DNA from: Octopus sinensis
Lineage: Eukaryota
Assembly (NCBI RefSeq): GCF_006345805.1
Contig: NC_042999.1
Coordinates: forward strand, 98,704,001 to 98,768,000
Length of the DNA: 64,000 nucleotides
Direction: 5' to 3'
A program made the position numbers and the translations under genes. Below the pieces are notes generated by a model. The model had not been told where the DNA came from, did not search any database, and was given only the letters and a program-made list of their open reading frames with translations. Shown piece after piece: positions 1 to 13,924 of the stretch (its first letter is position 1; each line of letters starts with the position of its first letter).

Positions 1-56
1 ACTTTGAGATACTTTTTCATTAAATCAGTCAAGAAGCTTGCATCTGGAGAAGCCTG

Positions 57-195
57 TTAGTTTTGTGGAATCCACTTCATGGTGATGTAAGAAGAGGAAA
101 ACGTTGTTACACTTACATTGACAACTTGATTGTAGACACCAGCCTGGAATTATCAAAGACCTCGAGGCAGTGATGATGCACCGAGAAGTGTGGTG
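57..195 (+). mobile_element. Degenerate 3' end of an RTE-clade LINE ORF
   Basis: Translates LVLWNPLHGDVRRGKRCYTYIDNLIVDT, matching the RTE C-terminal motif (LW.P.HG.R.RG...TYID.L..DT). Confidence 0.6.
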
Positions 196-1790
196 GGTAG
201 ACTTTGTTGCTGTTGCCCAGGTTGGTACCCATCCATAATAGTAAAAAAATACTGAGGCTACAGCTGCTTTTGAATGTTGCCTAACTCAACAGGGACCAGC
301 AAGCATCCATTAGTGTAGTATCAGGTAGTACTTTTAGTGGGCAGGTCACATTTACTGAAAGTACATGTTACTGATATTCAGTCATTTTGGCATACTTCTA
401 CTGACTTTTTTGCTCCACTGTCTCATAGACAAATGCACATGGCATATGTCAATACATGGTCAGTGAGGCTATCATTTCTCATCTTGGTGCATGCACAACT
501 TATATCCCCAATGCTGTCACTGCAGTTAAGTATGCAGACCATCAGATACCAATTCATTGACTGCAGGTGACACCAGCTGTAAAACTACAATACAGGAAGC
601 TAGAAAATGTTATTAGTTATGGTAAAAATCATACTTACTGCATGGTTAAAGTAAAAGTTGTCAGCTGGAATTGAAATTATATTTTCCAAAATGACCTAGA
701 TCTTGGTCTCATGTCTGGTAATTGTTTTCCACTCTTGTATTAAAATTTTTGAGGACAAGTAGCTGCTGGTACAGTATCAAGATATCTACATTGTGTGGTA
801 TATTGCCATTGTAGAAACATAAATACTTAAATCAGTTACATTTTGATTTCCAGTTAGGGGCAACCTCATTTACATTAACCTATCAAATATGGCAATAGGA
901 AGCAACACCTGTTTACTGACAAGCATGTTCATGATGGATAGGCTAACACCAACTTTACTCAAAAATACTCTGCTTCATCTGAGGCTAATAAGATGAGCAC
1001 AAGTTAATCAGATTGGTAATAGGGGTGATGTAATTGATTGTATAATTGAAGTTAGTCCATTGCACTTGACTGAACCTTTTTTCCATTGACCATAAGAGGA
1101 AAAAAGGCAAAATAAACCTTGATGGGATTTGTATTCAAAAGATAAAAAGCAAGAACATATAGAGCAAGGTACTTTCTCCAATGGTCTAATGTTTTATCAT
1201 TTTACAACTTATAGTTTACAGAATTGGGAAATTGCATTTACACTAATTAATTATAGCATTTTAGCAGGGTAAAACTCATATTTTAGCATTTTCAGGTGGT
1301 GTATGTTATTTGTCTGAAGAAAATATATTAACTGAAAATATATTAAATGAATGCAATAAATATAACTGGTGAAATATAAAATTAGATTCAGAGACACATT
1401 AAAATAATAATAATGAATTTATTATATACAGCACTCAGGTGCACTACAGTTTGTTAGAAAAGAATGAAAAAGTGGCTAGAAAATAGAAATTAATCAATTA
1501 ATTAAAGAAAGCCAGCAATGAAAGCCAAAAGTGCATGCACAGAATAGGACACAAAAAGAGAGGAAAGTGAACAGTAAAAGATCCATAATGAACAATCACC
1601 TTTAATTTGTTCTCATCAACTTTAATTCCATAAATTACTCTCCTTCTATGTATCCAGGTATGCAAGTGGTGGGGCTTCAATTCCTACTAAGCTGGTTGGT
1701 AGGATATTGCAAGTTTTGAACTCAGAATACAAAGTGCCAGAATAAATATCAATAGCATCCTGTTGAGTACACTAACTAGTTCCTTAGTCA

Positions 1791-2005
1791 TTCTTTTCTA
1801 CTCTAGACACAAGGCCCAACATTTTTGGGGAGGGGGCCAGTTGATTAGATCGACTCCAGTACACAACTGGTACTTAATTCATCGACCCCAAAAAGATGAA
1901 TGGGAAAGTTGACCTCGGTGGAATTTGAACTCAGAATGTAAAGATAGATAAAATACCGCAAAGCATTTCACCCAGCATGCTAACGTTTCTGCCAGCTCGT
2001 CGCCT
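1791..2005 (-). mobile_element. tRNA-derived SINE, family A
   Basis: Minus strand begins AGGCGACGAGCTGGCAGAAACGTTAGC and has a B-box-like GAGTTCAAATTCC; the same ~210-bp unit recurs many times in the window. Confidence 0.85.
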
Positions 2006-2816
2006 AACTAGTTCCTTAGTTGTTAACCCCAAAAGGATGAAATGCAAAGTAAATTTTAGTAAGATCTGAACTCTAAAGCAGACAGCCTCAATATATACAG
2101 CAAGACATTTTGTTTACCCTTCTAATGCTACAGCCATTTCACTGCCTTGGAATTTCAGAAAAGGAAAAAAATATGTATTTATGTGAGGAAAATATGAAGG
2201 AAATATAGCATTTTAATTGGGGGAAAATATCATATTTTAGCATTTGTAGGTGGTGTGTGTTACTTGATTCAAGAAAAATAAATGAGTGGGTAGATTAGGT
2301 AAACACTGTATTTAGTTATTAGGAGGGTCTATAATATTTTAACTAGGAAAAATGCAGTGACTTGTTGAAAAGGATATGATACCTATAAGGAAGATTTATG
2401 GTATTTTAGCAAGTAGAAGAAAGAGAGAAAGAAAAAAAGAATTGGTATCTGACTAGATGAATCATGCAGTCTAGTTTGGTAAATGAAGATGATGTCAATA
2501 ACGACAATGATGATATATTAGTAGTAGCAGTGGTGGTGGTGGTGATTGGAGAAGGAGGGAAAAAAGAGCAGGAGAATATGTGGAAAGAAAGACTTGCTTG
2601 AGTAAAGAGAGTAAATAATGGTAGTTAGCGTATTCTTTTGGCTTTGATTGGCAGTCACTCTAAATGTAATATAAGTCTTTAATCCAATTTTTGAATCAGT
2701 ATTCAGAGACTGACTTCTTTGTAATATAATAGCAGGAAAAAAAAATGTAAGAAAATAATAAATAGATAAATAAATAAATGAATAAAAATTCCTGAAAGTT
2801 CTAGCCAATATAGGAC

Positions 2817-2985
2817 TTGTGTGTGTGTGTGTGGTGTGTGTGTGTGTGGTGTGTGTGTGTGTGCATGTGTGTGTGTGTTGTGTGTGTGTGTGCATGTGTG
2901 TGTGTGTGTGTGAATGCATGCATGCGTGTGTGCATGTGTGTGTGTGCATGTGTGTGTGTGTGTGTATGTGTGCGTGTGTGTGATG
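2817..2985. repeat. Imperfect (TG)n microsatellite
   Basis: Direct reading; it explains the HT/CV-repeat ORFs. Confidence 0.95.
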
Positions 2986-4769
2986 TGAGGGGCCATGGCT
3001 TACTGTTTTAGGGTGTTGGTGTCATAAGTTTCAAGGTGTGAGTTTCAATTTCTGGATCAGTTGGTATGTTATGGCCTTGAGCAAGGCACTTCATTTCCCA
3101 TTACCCCTATACACTCATCTAAAAATGAATCTCATTGGTACCTGGGCAACAGATGGAAGTGCAGTTTCATGGAGCAATCTACTCTCAGCCTAAATTCTTG
3201 AAAATATGTTGTATAATATATATTTACTAGCAATGTACCCTGGCATTGCCTGTGTGTTATGACCTACAGCCACATTGTATTATTTGTTCCTTTCTCACGG
3301 GCAGAATCAGCACACAAGGAGTATGAAGCAAACAACTTTTCTTTATAAACATGTTTTTCAGTCATTTTCTGATAAACAACACTGCAGTTTTTCTCAAGCA
3401 AATTCAGTCACAAGTCAGTGGATGGCCTTGGGCTATAGTAGAAAACATTTGCCCAAGGTACCATGCAGAGAAACTGGACGTGGAACCATGTGGTTGGGAA
3501 GCAAACTTCTCAACCACATAGTCATTCTTGCATCTAATATGTGTTATGTTAGCATTTGTTGTTAAATCAAGTATTGTGTCCCACTATGTCTGAAAGTTAG
3601 CAGTTCATCAAGTAGGGATCTATAAACTAAAGGCCAGACTGAAATATATACTGAGGTCAGTATGAGCAATTAAAATGGCAACAGTCGAAAGACTAAACCT
3701 AGTAAAATAATGTTTAAAGGCTTAATGGTTTTAAATTTAAAGGTAATGGATCGCTAACCACAAGATAATGGGTTCAAAATTTCGTATTCAACTTCCACTC
3801 TATATAATAACACTATATGTACATCTCAGTCTACTTGACTTCCAACAATTAACAATTGTAATTTGAAGATGAATGGTTACCAGTAAAAAAGATGTCCAGA
3901 TTTCTTTAAAAATTATTGTGCAAAATATTCTGAGAAAAAGTGATTTTTTCCCCACAACAAAACACACACACACACACACATAGGTGTCTCTGTGGTAACC
4001 TGAGCTACTACAAATAGAAACCAAATCTCTATAAAACATACCCTTTCATCAAAAGAAAGACATAGATTTACAGTATTTCAGGAAGAAAAAAACAAAAACT
4101 ATGCAATGGGTCTGCTACATCAGAGGCAACTCTGGGCTAAACAAAACATGACAAACATACTTTACCTTAAAAGATTATCTAGTAAATAATACTAATAAAG
4201 TAGATGGTATATCTTTGAAGTTTCATTCCCTGGTAAAACTCTATGTATTTTAAACATTTTCTTACATAAAGGTTATTCCGAAAGAGTTGCCTCCCTTAGC
4301 TAAAGACCTCAAAATTGTGTAACCCAACCCCATGTGCGAGGTTAATTTTGCAGTAAAAAAGTTGTGCAAAAAAAACTTTACTTGGTAGCCGAAAGATTAG
4401 TGAATAATTTGTTACCTCATATGTCCAAATCAGCAACTCAGTTTTCGAATCCATACGGAGCATACACACACACACACATTCAGAATGACAGCATTGCACT
4501 TACCCAACCATCGAGAAGAAAGTGGCTTAAAAATAGCATTACTGGAGGTTATTAAATGTCAAGAATTGTGGAAGGAAGAGGAAATATTCCAACTAAACAT
4601 AAGAGAGGGCTCAGCTACTGAAGTTAATAGTTGTATGATTGAATAGCCATTAAGAATATGAAAACAGAGAAAGTTGAACAGTTTAGGAGACGCTGATGGG
4701 TAAAAGAGTAAAGACACACTTAAATATGATTTAAGTGTGAGTAAATTAGGATTTACCTAGAAAGGATTG

Positions 4770-5060
4770 CACATAGAAAGTTACTCACCAAGGCACAAGT
4801 CTAGGCAAGGTTGTTTACGGAAAACCAGCAGTTGCCCATGCATACTAACCTCCCTCCATGCCACTGATGTTATCCAAGGGAAAGGCAAAGGCTGATACAG
4901 CTTGGCACCGGTGATGTCGCAACTCATTTCTACAGCTGAGTTAACTGGAGCAACATGAAATAAAATGTCTTGCTCAAGAACATAACACACAGCCCAGTCT
5001 AACCCACTGCCTCATGATTGTGAGCCCAATGCTCTAAACACTGAGCTATGTGCCTTCACA
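4770..5060 (-). mobile_element. tRNA-derived SINE, family C
   Basis: Homologous by eye to 13925-14250 (-) and 45348-45660 (+); tRNA-like head GCACATAGCTCAGTGTTTAGAGC on the minus strand. Confidence 0.8.
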
Positions 5061-5136
5061 TTCAATGAGGGCAAAGGAGATGCTCTGTAAGAAGCATCTA
5101 ACAGAAGTATGAAGTTTATACAACTGGTTATGAAAG

Positions 5137-5561
5137 GCATAGGAGTGGCTGTGTGGTAAGTGGCTTGCTTACGAACCACATGGTTCCGGGTTCAGTCCCA
5201 CTGCATGGCACCTTGGGCAAGTGTTTTCTACTATAGCCTCGGGCCGACCAAAGCCTTGTGAGTGGATTTGGTAGATGGAAACTGAAAGAAGCACATTGTA
5301 TATATGTATACATATATGTATATGTATGTGTGTGTATATGTTTGTGTGTCTATGTTTGTCCCCCCAGCATCGCTTGACAACCAATGCTGGAGTGTTTACA
5401 TACCTGTAACTTAGTGGTTCGGCAACAGAGACTGATAGAATAAGTACTAGGCTTACAAATAATAAGTCCCATGGTCGATTTGCTGGACTAAAGGCGGTGC
5501 TCCAGCATGGCCACAGTCAAATGACTGAAACAAATAAAAGAGTAAAGAGAGTAAAAGAGAG
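5137..5561 (+). mobile_element. tRNA-derived SINE, family B (full length, internal TA/TG microsatellite, AAAGAGT tail)
   Basis: Head AGGAGTGGCTGTGTGGTAAG...GGTTCAGTCCC; near-identical copies at 7419 and 30603. Confidence 0.9.
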
Positions 5562-7418
5562 TATATGTGTGTGTATATGTTTGTGTGTGTGTTTGTGTGT
5601 GTGTTTATGTCTGCTTGTGTATTGTGTGTTTCCTTATCTTGATATTGTATGATAGAGCTGTGAACAAGTATTGTTGTCATACAAACTGTATTGTATGTTT
5701 CCAATTTTGCATGAAAGTATGTCCAGCAATGGGGAAATATTATGTCACTTGGAATTAAACAAGAACTGTTAACTGGAAGGGCACTGACCATAGAAAATTG
5801 TCTGATCTATGCAACTATGGAAAAGGGGACATTAAAATGCAGTTGCTGTTGCTACTGCTCATGATGATGATGCTGTGATGATACTGATAATAATCATGAT
5901 TGTAATGGTGATGATGATGATGATGCTAATGCTGATGAAATACCTTTTGTATATACTCAAATAAAAGTCAATCACATGTAAAATACCCCTCAAAAAGGAG
6001 GACATCTTAAAATCTGGAATTTCCCATGTATCTCATATGAAAGTTGATACTAGTTTTCTAAGGGTAATAGATTAATCTTTTTTAGTCAAGGGATTATCCT
6101 TTGTATAAATATTATAGTAAGGAAATGAATTCATCCCACACCCATTTTTACATGTTTTGATGTACAATTGACACAAACAATAAAGATTTCTCAAGTTCTT
6201 TATCAAAGAACTGCAATCTCTTTATATAATTAATGTGACACAAATTACATTTCTCCATCCTTTCTAATATAACGTAGACCATATGCATTTACTGGTATAA
6301 TTCACTATAATTACCATATCTCTGAGTGGGTGGCATTTACCAGTACACAGCAATTCATCAATCTATGGCTCTTAGATGTAAACTCAGCTGTGAAGCAGTG
6401 TGAGCAGTATTTGTCAGATAAGTGGCGTAAAGCAATACTTTTGAATGTATTTACTAGTATTCCTGTTCGCTGTTTCAATCAGCATTAAACTTGCTAGATT
6501 GTATGAAAGCCAAGACAAAGTTGGGTCACTTTCTCACTTAGTAGGACAGTTGATGTTTATTCCTATATAGCATTTATGGAATACAGTTGGGTAGGTTAGT
6601 GTTAAAATTTTACATAATTTTGTGAGTAAATGCCTCTTAGAGAAAACTAGTATACAGCAGCATCCAAGCTAAAAGTTATTGATAACAAATATATCTGTGC
6701 CACTGCAAAAGAATTTGCTATTTTAGAGAAATTTATGTGAGACTGGAGACATTAAACTTCACACAAGAGGTGTAGGCATGGCTGTGTGACAAGATGCTTG
6801 CTTTCCAACCACAGAGTTTCAGGTTCAATCCCTCTATGTGGCATCTTGGACAAGTGTCTTCTAATCTAGCCCTAGGCTGGTCAATGCTTTGTGAGTGGAT
6901 TTGGTAAACAAAAATTAAAAGAAGCTTGTTGTGTGTCTGCATATTTATATATATGTGTGTGTGTGTATTTGAAAATGGGTTAAGAATCTATACTAATCAA
7001 AGTTTATAGGTAAAAAGTAAAACGTAATAACAAACTTATTGTATACAGTGCTCAGATGCACTACAACTCATCAGCAAAATTAACCAAAGCTGCATCAACA
7101 TTGCATAGAATATGCACAAGAAGTGGACAGGGAAAAAGTCTTTAAAAAAATAGAAAAAGAAACAGGAGTGGGGGCGAATTTCAAGAGGCATGGAAGTTTT
7201 AAGGGATGTAGTATCTCGGCAGCTAAAAACTGATGAAGGTTGTTTATTCCATGGAAACAGCACAGAAGTATGTTTAAAGATTATTTTTACTTTTTTCTTT
7301 AATAGGACAAAACAAGTACTTTTATATTGATTACATTAAGAAACTTCTATAAAATATTACCAGCCTCGATGTTTATGTCCATATTAACAAATATTTATAT
7401 ATATATATATTAATAGTT

Positions 7419-7820
7419 GCAGGAGTGGCTGTGTGATAAGTAGCTTGCTTACCAACCACATGGTTCCGGGTTCATTCCCACTGCATGGCATCTTGGGCAA
7501 GTATCTTCTACTTTATCCTAGGGCTGACCAAAACCTTGAGAGCGGATTTGGTTGATGGAAAGTGAAAGAAGCCCATCGTATATATGTATATATATGTGTG
7601 TGCGTATGTTTGTGTGTTTGTGTTTGTCCCCCCTAGCATTGCTTGACAACTGATGCTGGTGTGTTTATGTCCCCGTCACTTAGCAGTTCAGCAAAACAAA
7701 CCGATAGAATAAGTACTAGGCTTACAAAGAATAAGTCCCATGATCGATTTGCTTGACTAAAGGTGGTGCTCCAGCATGACTGCAGTCAAATGACTGAAAC
7801 AAGTAAAAGAGTAAAAGAAT
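7419..7820 (+). mobile_element. SINE family B, full length
   Basis: Aligns along its whole length with 5137-5561. Confidence 0.9.
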
Positions 7821-9598
7821 ATAGGATCTTTTTAATCTCAGTCACAGATTTTTAAAATTAATTTGTTTTAACTAAACAGTTTGAAACTTCAGTTACTGGT
7901 TGGATGTGGCACATAGAACATGGTTTACTCCTAACGTTTTTGAAAAAACTTTGTATTTTAGAAGTTATTTCATGTTAAAGTTGTTGTATTTGGGTAATTT
8001 TAACCAATCAATGATGTATATTCAGCTGAAAGGAATTACTGCTGTTTGCAAAAGTAATGGAAGAACAACAACTTTCAGGTCATCTATAGTAAATTCATTT
8101 TTCAACCTCATGTGGTTTATTCGGTTTGTTCTTCAGCTTGGCTGCTGTGTCTTTGGATATTTTTGCCTGTAATTATTTTCAACACTCCATTTTATTTTTG
8201 CTTAATTTTCACCAACTTTTGTTTACTTGCCTGTTGTATTTCTTTTTTGTATTTGCAAGTATGGCTGCAGCCAAATCATATAGACTCTGCAATTTACTCC
8301 TCTCTCTGCAAATTTATGTGGCAGAGAAGATACAAAAATGCGATCTTTTCAAAAAGATATTACAATGCATTGCAAGATTTTCAAATCTTGATTAAATGTA
8401 TTCGTATACGTGTTTGTTGATGTATCTCTGCCTATTTATTTGTTATGCCTGCCTGATTTTTTTTTCTTCCTTTTCATTTGCCTATTTCCAATTATTACTC
8501 CAGCCTGCTGAAGCCAGAATTTAAAATGAACTTTTTTAAGAAAATAAAATTAAAAAAAATATTATTATGTTTAAAATAAGGCAGAAACGTTTTAGCTTAA
8601 TGCAAGGAAATTTTTAAATTAAAAATATTAACTTAGATTTTAAAATTTGCCATAAAATGCAAAAAACATAAAAAAACAAATGATACACTGAATGATGAAT
8701 GATTTCAGAAATTTATTTAGCAAATTCTAACCTCAGCAGCAATATTTTAAGTTTTTTGCCTTTGTGTCCTGTACATTTCCTGCTAGTTTAGATTTGGGTG
8801 GTTCCACAAGTTGCACATATTCCAATTTGACAATTACCATGTATCCACTTCAAAAATTTCTTCACCATTTGAGGTCACATTCAAGGCTAACTTTTTCCAG
8901 TATACTTAATTTCTCTTCATTCCTTCTCTCTCTCTCTCTTTCTCCTCCCTCCTTTCTCTCTCTCCCTCTTCCTCTCTCTCCCTCTTCCTCTCTCTCCCTC
9001 CCTCTCCCTATCTCTCTCCTTCTTTCTCCCTCTCACTCTCTTTTCATCCCACTGGAATGGAGAGAAAGCAAAAAGAACAAAGAAAAAGAACAGACAAACA
9101 AAAAAAAAAAATGAAGGTTTTCATTTTTCCTTTGTTTATTTCAATACTTCATCTATACAAGTCTCCAAACTGAATGGAGGGGAGTGACATCTTTCTGACA
9201 TGTGAAGATAGAACAGATTCACTTAAAGTTAGAGGAAGGTGGGTTGGAGCTGGGTGCAACAAGGACATTAATGGTGCCTTTCTTAATCGCATACAAACAT
9301 ATTATGGATATTATTTATGTTGTAATAATGTAGACTCTGAACCAAACACCAGCTACTCTAGTAATACCGTAATGCCATAATTTATCAATGGTATTATGGT
9401 ATTATAGTATTAATTTGTCTGTATAATATTAACTTGCATGAAAGACCAAGCACATATGAAATGACAGAACAACTTGACATCAAAGACATCAGTTGAAGAG
9501 TACAAAAAGTGTGATGACTGGACGAGGATAGATATTAGAATGAAATAGAATGAAATGCAAATGAAGGATGAGGAGTGTTTGGTATTAAATGTTTAGAG

Positions 9599-9730
9599 CA
9601 GTGTTTCTCAACCTTTTTACCCTTGTGTAACCCTTAAAATAAATTACATGTCTCAAGGAACACCTGCACAAAAAAAAAATTATATACCATATCTTTCTCA
9701 TATTTTTTCATCATTGTTCACGTGGTAAAT

Positions 9731-9794
<64 letters not shown>

Positions 9795-10360
9795 GGTATG
9801 TATATGTAACAAAGTAAAGTTGTAAGGTACCGCACAAGTGGAAATATATATGAAAGAAGGTTTGAAAATGCAATTTGGAAGATTTAGTACAGCTAGTTTT
9901 GAGACAATTGGAAGTGAAGCTAGCCACAATGACACCCTGAAAAGATTTGAAAGTTTAAAAAAAAAAGAAAGAAAGATTGTAGTAGACACATGAAAGCAAT
10001 GTTGCAAATAAATAAACATTAAAATCAGTTGAAACATGTTTGGGACATATTTTCCCCAAGCAAAGGCCATATTCACTACTTTTTGCCATTGAAAACATTT
10101 TTTGCTTTCAGCAATAGCTATTAAAAAACACCAACAATCACTTCAAGGCAACTTCTCTTAGTGGTGCAGGGAATGCATTTCTAGCTTCTAGCTATTATCA
10201 ACATTATGTTCCACAAGACAGACAACTCTGAAATGACTCTGGAAACATTAATTTCCTTATTGTGTATCAGCATCAAAGCATGAGCTGATCACACATAATG
10301 CCAGCCCAGCTAAAACAAAATATTTGTAGTGGGCATGCAAAAGTGGAGTTGTGTGTAAAG
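9599..10360 (+). mobile_element. Degenerate hAT (Charlie-like) DNA transposon relic
   Basis: Starts CAGTGTTTCTCAACCTTTT, a typical Charlie-type terminus. The 10110-10300 translation contains LSAIAIK and KTDNSEMTLETLISLLCISIK, resembling the hAT C-terminal dimerisation region. The right TIR was not found. Confidence 0.45.
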
Positions 10361-13147
10361 AAATATTTAGATTAGTTCAAATATGACTGGGACATATTTG
10401 AACTGCATAAAGGCTGTATTCACCATTTCAAACCAAGAGATTTTTATTAGAAAAAAAATGATAATTAAATGAGCACAATTGTAAACAAAGACTTTGAAAT
10501 AAAAAAAAAGCAAAGAAACATAAATAAAAGTTTGTGCTTTCATCATTTGGATATCATCTAGATAGATGATGCACAACTTATGGCACAATCAAAATCTATG
10601 CCACAACTATCAGGAGGGTTTTACATGTGTTGTTATATATCTTAGGAGAGAGATTTTACACATGATTTATTCTGCAACACACTTAACTTTTCTGTGTTGC
10701 AGTTTTGATGCTCATTTCTATTCCAGAGTCTCCTTCAAAATGACTCCAGATTATCCTAGTGAAGAGCATTTATAACCATGATGGTGTGGGTTTTCCAAGT
10801 GGTGATATACAAATTGTGGATTTAATACAAATAGTTGATAATCTTGATAAGAAAGCTTTTGACTTACCACTTGCAATACCTGTGAGTGCTTTTCACCAAC
10901 AGTTCCATTAGCTTTCAGCCAATCCATCATAAATTTTTTACTGGCCATTTGTTAATTCACTATTCATTTTGCATCTATCGATAGTATCCAATTGTTCAAC
11001 TTTTATCATAAACTGCTAATGTTTATATTTTATTTTTTGTTTTACTTTCTTCTTTTACATTTCAATCAATCTCTATTTACTCTCATCGGTTATTGAATAG
11101 TAATTGCAATGCAATACAGTAAGATATTCAATGTCCAAAAACTGAGAGCTTTAATCTGTGTTTTTAAGGAACGTAATCAATTACAGATAAAGCTCAAGTC
11201 TGTATGTTTTCTATTGACTTGTATCATGAGCATTGATTAACCAAATCTCTGATCAAAGGTATCTCAGCTATGACTGACCTGCCTGTATTGCATATCATGG
11301 ACTAAATTGTTCAATGTATGTTTATCTTATTTATATTTTTTAGTTGAAAGGCATGATCTGAGAATGAGGATTTGACTGCTATATATAGAAACTCTCTCAT
11401 TTTCTCAACATGGTGTTGTGTTGCTGTTATTGCATAGCTTGAGGTAAGCACTGGTTGAGTAGATCTATGATTAAAAGCATTTCAGCCATGACCAATCCCA
11501 TCTATCCTGTAAACCTAATACTACATTACACAATATTAAGACAATAAGATATGATTTAGGGAAAATTCAGTTACTATTTTTATCAAATCAAGCAACTTCA
11601 TATAGGCTCCATTAATATTCACAGTATCTCTTTGCACTTACCATGATTGAAGGTTCTTTCTCTAGTCTTTTTGTATAATTAGTGCAAGTCTTGACTGATT
11701 TCAAAAATTTGCTAGAATTTCTCTTGACGGTTCCCTAACTTTGAGAGCTAATTTTAGTTTCCAATTTTGCCATGGTGTATGCATGTAGTGATAATCCACA
11801 TGTTATAAACTAGTTTCATTTTACCTCCTGATACTGCAACAGTCTTCTTTAAATAAGCTCTTTTTCAACACAAAGATGACCAATTTTTTAAGATGCATTA
11901 CCAGAACTTATTTTCACTGCATCACTAAATGTATGTCTATTAAATAAATGGTTATGATATATTTATTCATAACCCACATTGTATTATTATTATTCTAATT
12001 ATAAATGCCAAGTTGTCAACCCTGTTATATAATATAAATGAGTTTTGTCAATTGCAATCTTGTTTATATTTTTATTAAGCAAATTGACACTATATCATTT
12101 CAACAATTTGAAAGACAGTTGCAGATGATCTTTGATGTTTTATTAAATACAAATCTACTTGGTTCAAATTTCATTCCAAGCCACTAAAATGACTGTGGTC
12201 TAACCATGGACAGAAATTTAACAGTGAGGATAATTGGATAAATATGACAAAGTGTCAGAGGAGAAAGGGATAGGATAACATGAAACACTTATTTATAAGA
12301 TTCTACAAGATGGTGTTAATTCTTGACTGGTGTATAAATATCATTATCAATTGATACAAGACATTAACATTATGGGAGAAAAAATAGAGGAAAATTAAAT
12401 GAAAGGATCAAAGCAATGACAATAGGAGAGTAAAAAAGAATAACAAAACTAATTAAGATATACATAGTAGATTTTGACAAAATTACAGGCTATGAAATCT
12501 AAAATGCTATATCTCTAGCATTTAACATCTACAAGGAAATTAAATTGAAAGTAGCAACAGATTTGCCTCTATATTGGATCATAGGGTATTGCTTTTTGAC
12601 AGGACCCTGTTTTTCATTTTGCAGGGTTGTGATTAGAAAGGAAGATGTGTATTAAGTGCTCACAGAAGATAATGAGGCTAGATATGAAAGACATAAATGT
12701 AAGAAGCTTCAGGGTTTGTAACATACAATTACGGAGAAATTTGATATGTACATGCTTGTCCCTCAAATATCTGCTGTGAGCCTTCTCATTTCTCTTCTTA
12801 ATATGTTTCTCTAAACATGATGCCTGAATCTGATCAAATGAACTGTCAAATTACATTTGTAATAGTGAACTCAAATAATAAGAAATCTGTTTAAAAGGAG
12901 GATGTAGGTCTCCTCCTCCTCCTAGTCATCTTTGTTGCTGTTATTTTCATCATCATCGTCATCATTGTCATCAATGTCTTGACATCCATTTTCTCATGTT
13001 CATGTGGATCGAAAAGGTTTACAATACCATATCTCACCAATTGTTCTGACATTTGTTGCCTCATGATTGAACCTTAGTATCCAGAGATCTAATTTCATCC
13101 TATTATCAAAATATATATTTGACAGTGTGTATTTCTCTGTCTGCATT

Positions 13148-13206
13148 TCTTCTTCTTCTTCTTCTTCTTCTTCTTCTTCTTCTTCTTCTTCTTCTTCTTC
13201 TTCTTC
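13148..13206. repeat. (TCT)n microsatellite
   Basis: Direct reading. Confidence 0.95.
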
Positions 13207-13710
13207 TCCCTTCCCCTTTGTTTCTCTTATCGTTACCTCACCCTCCTTTCCTCACAAGTGAGAAATAATTCTAATCCTGCTCAGTAAACACAATGATAGA
13301 AGGTGGGTGAGTAGTTAATATTGAACAGGTACAAGTAACATAAGCAATGTAATGGAATATCATATCAACATCCTTTTTTAAAGTGTGAATTGGTGTAGTG
13401 TTCACAGTGAGCATAGAAGCACCAAAATATACAATCTGCTTTGATAGTTTACTGTTGGTAGCAAAAGAATTTGTTTGTGCCATTATTTTTAGTTCATGAA
13501 TAAGTCCAGAAATTTTTGGGACAGGACCCACTTACTTAACTGGTATTTTATTTTATTAGCCCCAAATTAACATTTGAAAAGGGTCCCATGCTTGAAAAGA
13601 TCCAGGGAAGAAGGTTGGTAGATTTTTATTAGGCAATATTAGCTATGATGCTACCTTGTCTTCAATTATAAATCCATACACATCTGGGATGCATTATAGG
13701 AATATAAATC

Positions 13711-13915
13711 AAGGTGGCAAGCTGGCAGAATTGTTAGCATGTTGGACAAAGTACTTTGCAGCATCTCATCTGGTGATACATTCTGAGTTCAAATGCCACT
13801 CTGCCTTTCATCATTTTGACGTTGATAAAATAAGTGCCAGTTGAACACTGGAGTTCATGTAATCAATTAGCCCTCTCCTCACAAAATTCCAAACCTTGCA
13901 CTTATAGTAAAAAGA
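13711..13915 (+). mobile_element. SINE family A, diverged
   Basis: GGTGGCAAGCTGGCAGAATTGTTAGC head and TTCTGAGTTCAAAT box; homologous to the reverse complement of 1791-2005. Confidence 0.8.
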
Positions 13916-13924
13916 ACTGGAAAT

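Noticed and set aside
631-645. U1 snRNA-like ATACTTAC
   Set aside because: The match ends after 8-9 nt, with no U1 stem-loops or Sm site.
2518-3011. Long HT/CV/YI/MYV-repeat ORFs here and throughout the ORF track
   Set aside because: They are translations of (CA)n, (TA)n and (TACA)n microsatellites.
7040-7260. Hammerhead-like cores at 7068-7074 (-) and 7230-7258 (+)
   Set aside because: The minus copy lacks GAAA and the plus copy has no convincing stems; too decayed to call.
10751-10948. Minus-strand first exon MASKKFMMDWLKANG... with a GTAAGT donor
   Set aside because: No recognisable homology, CpG-depleted context, and no linkable downstream exon.
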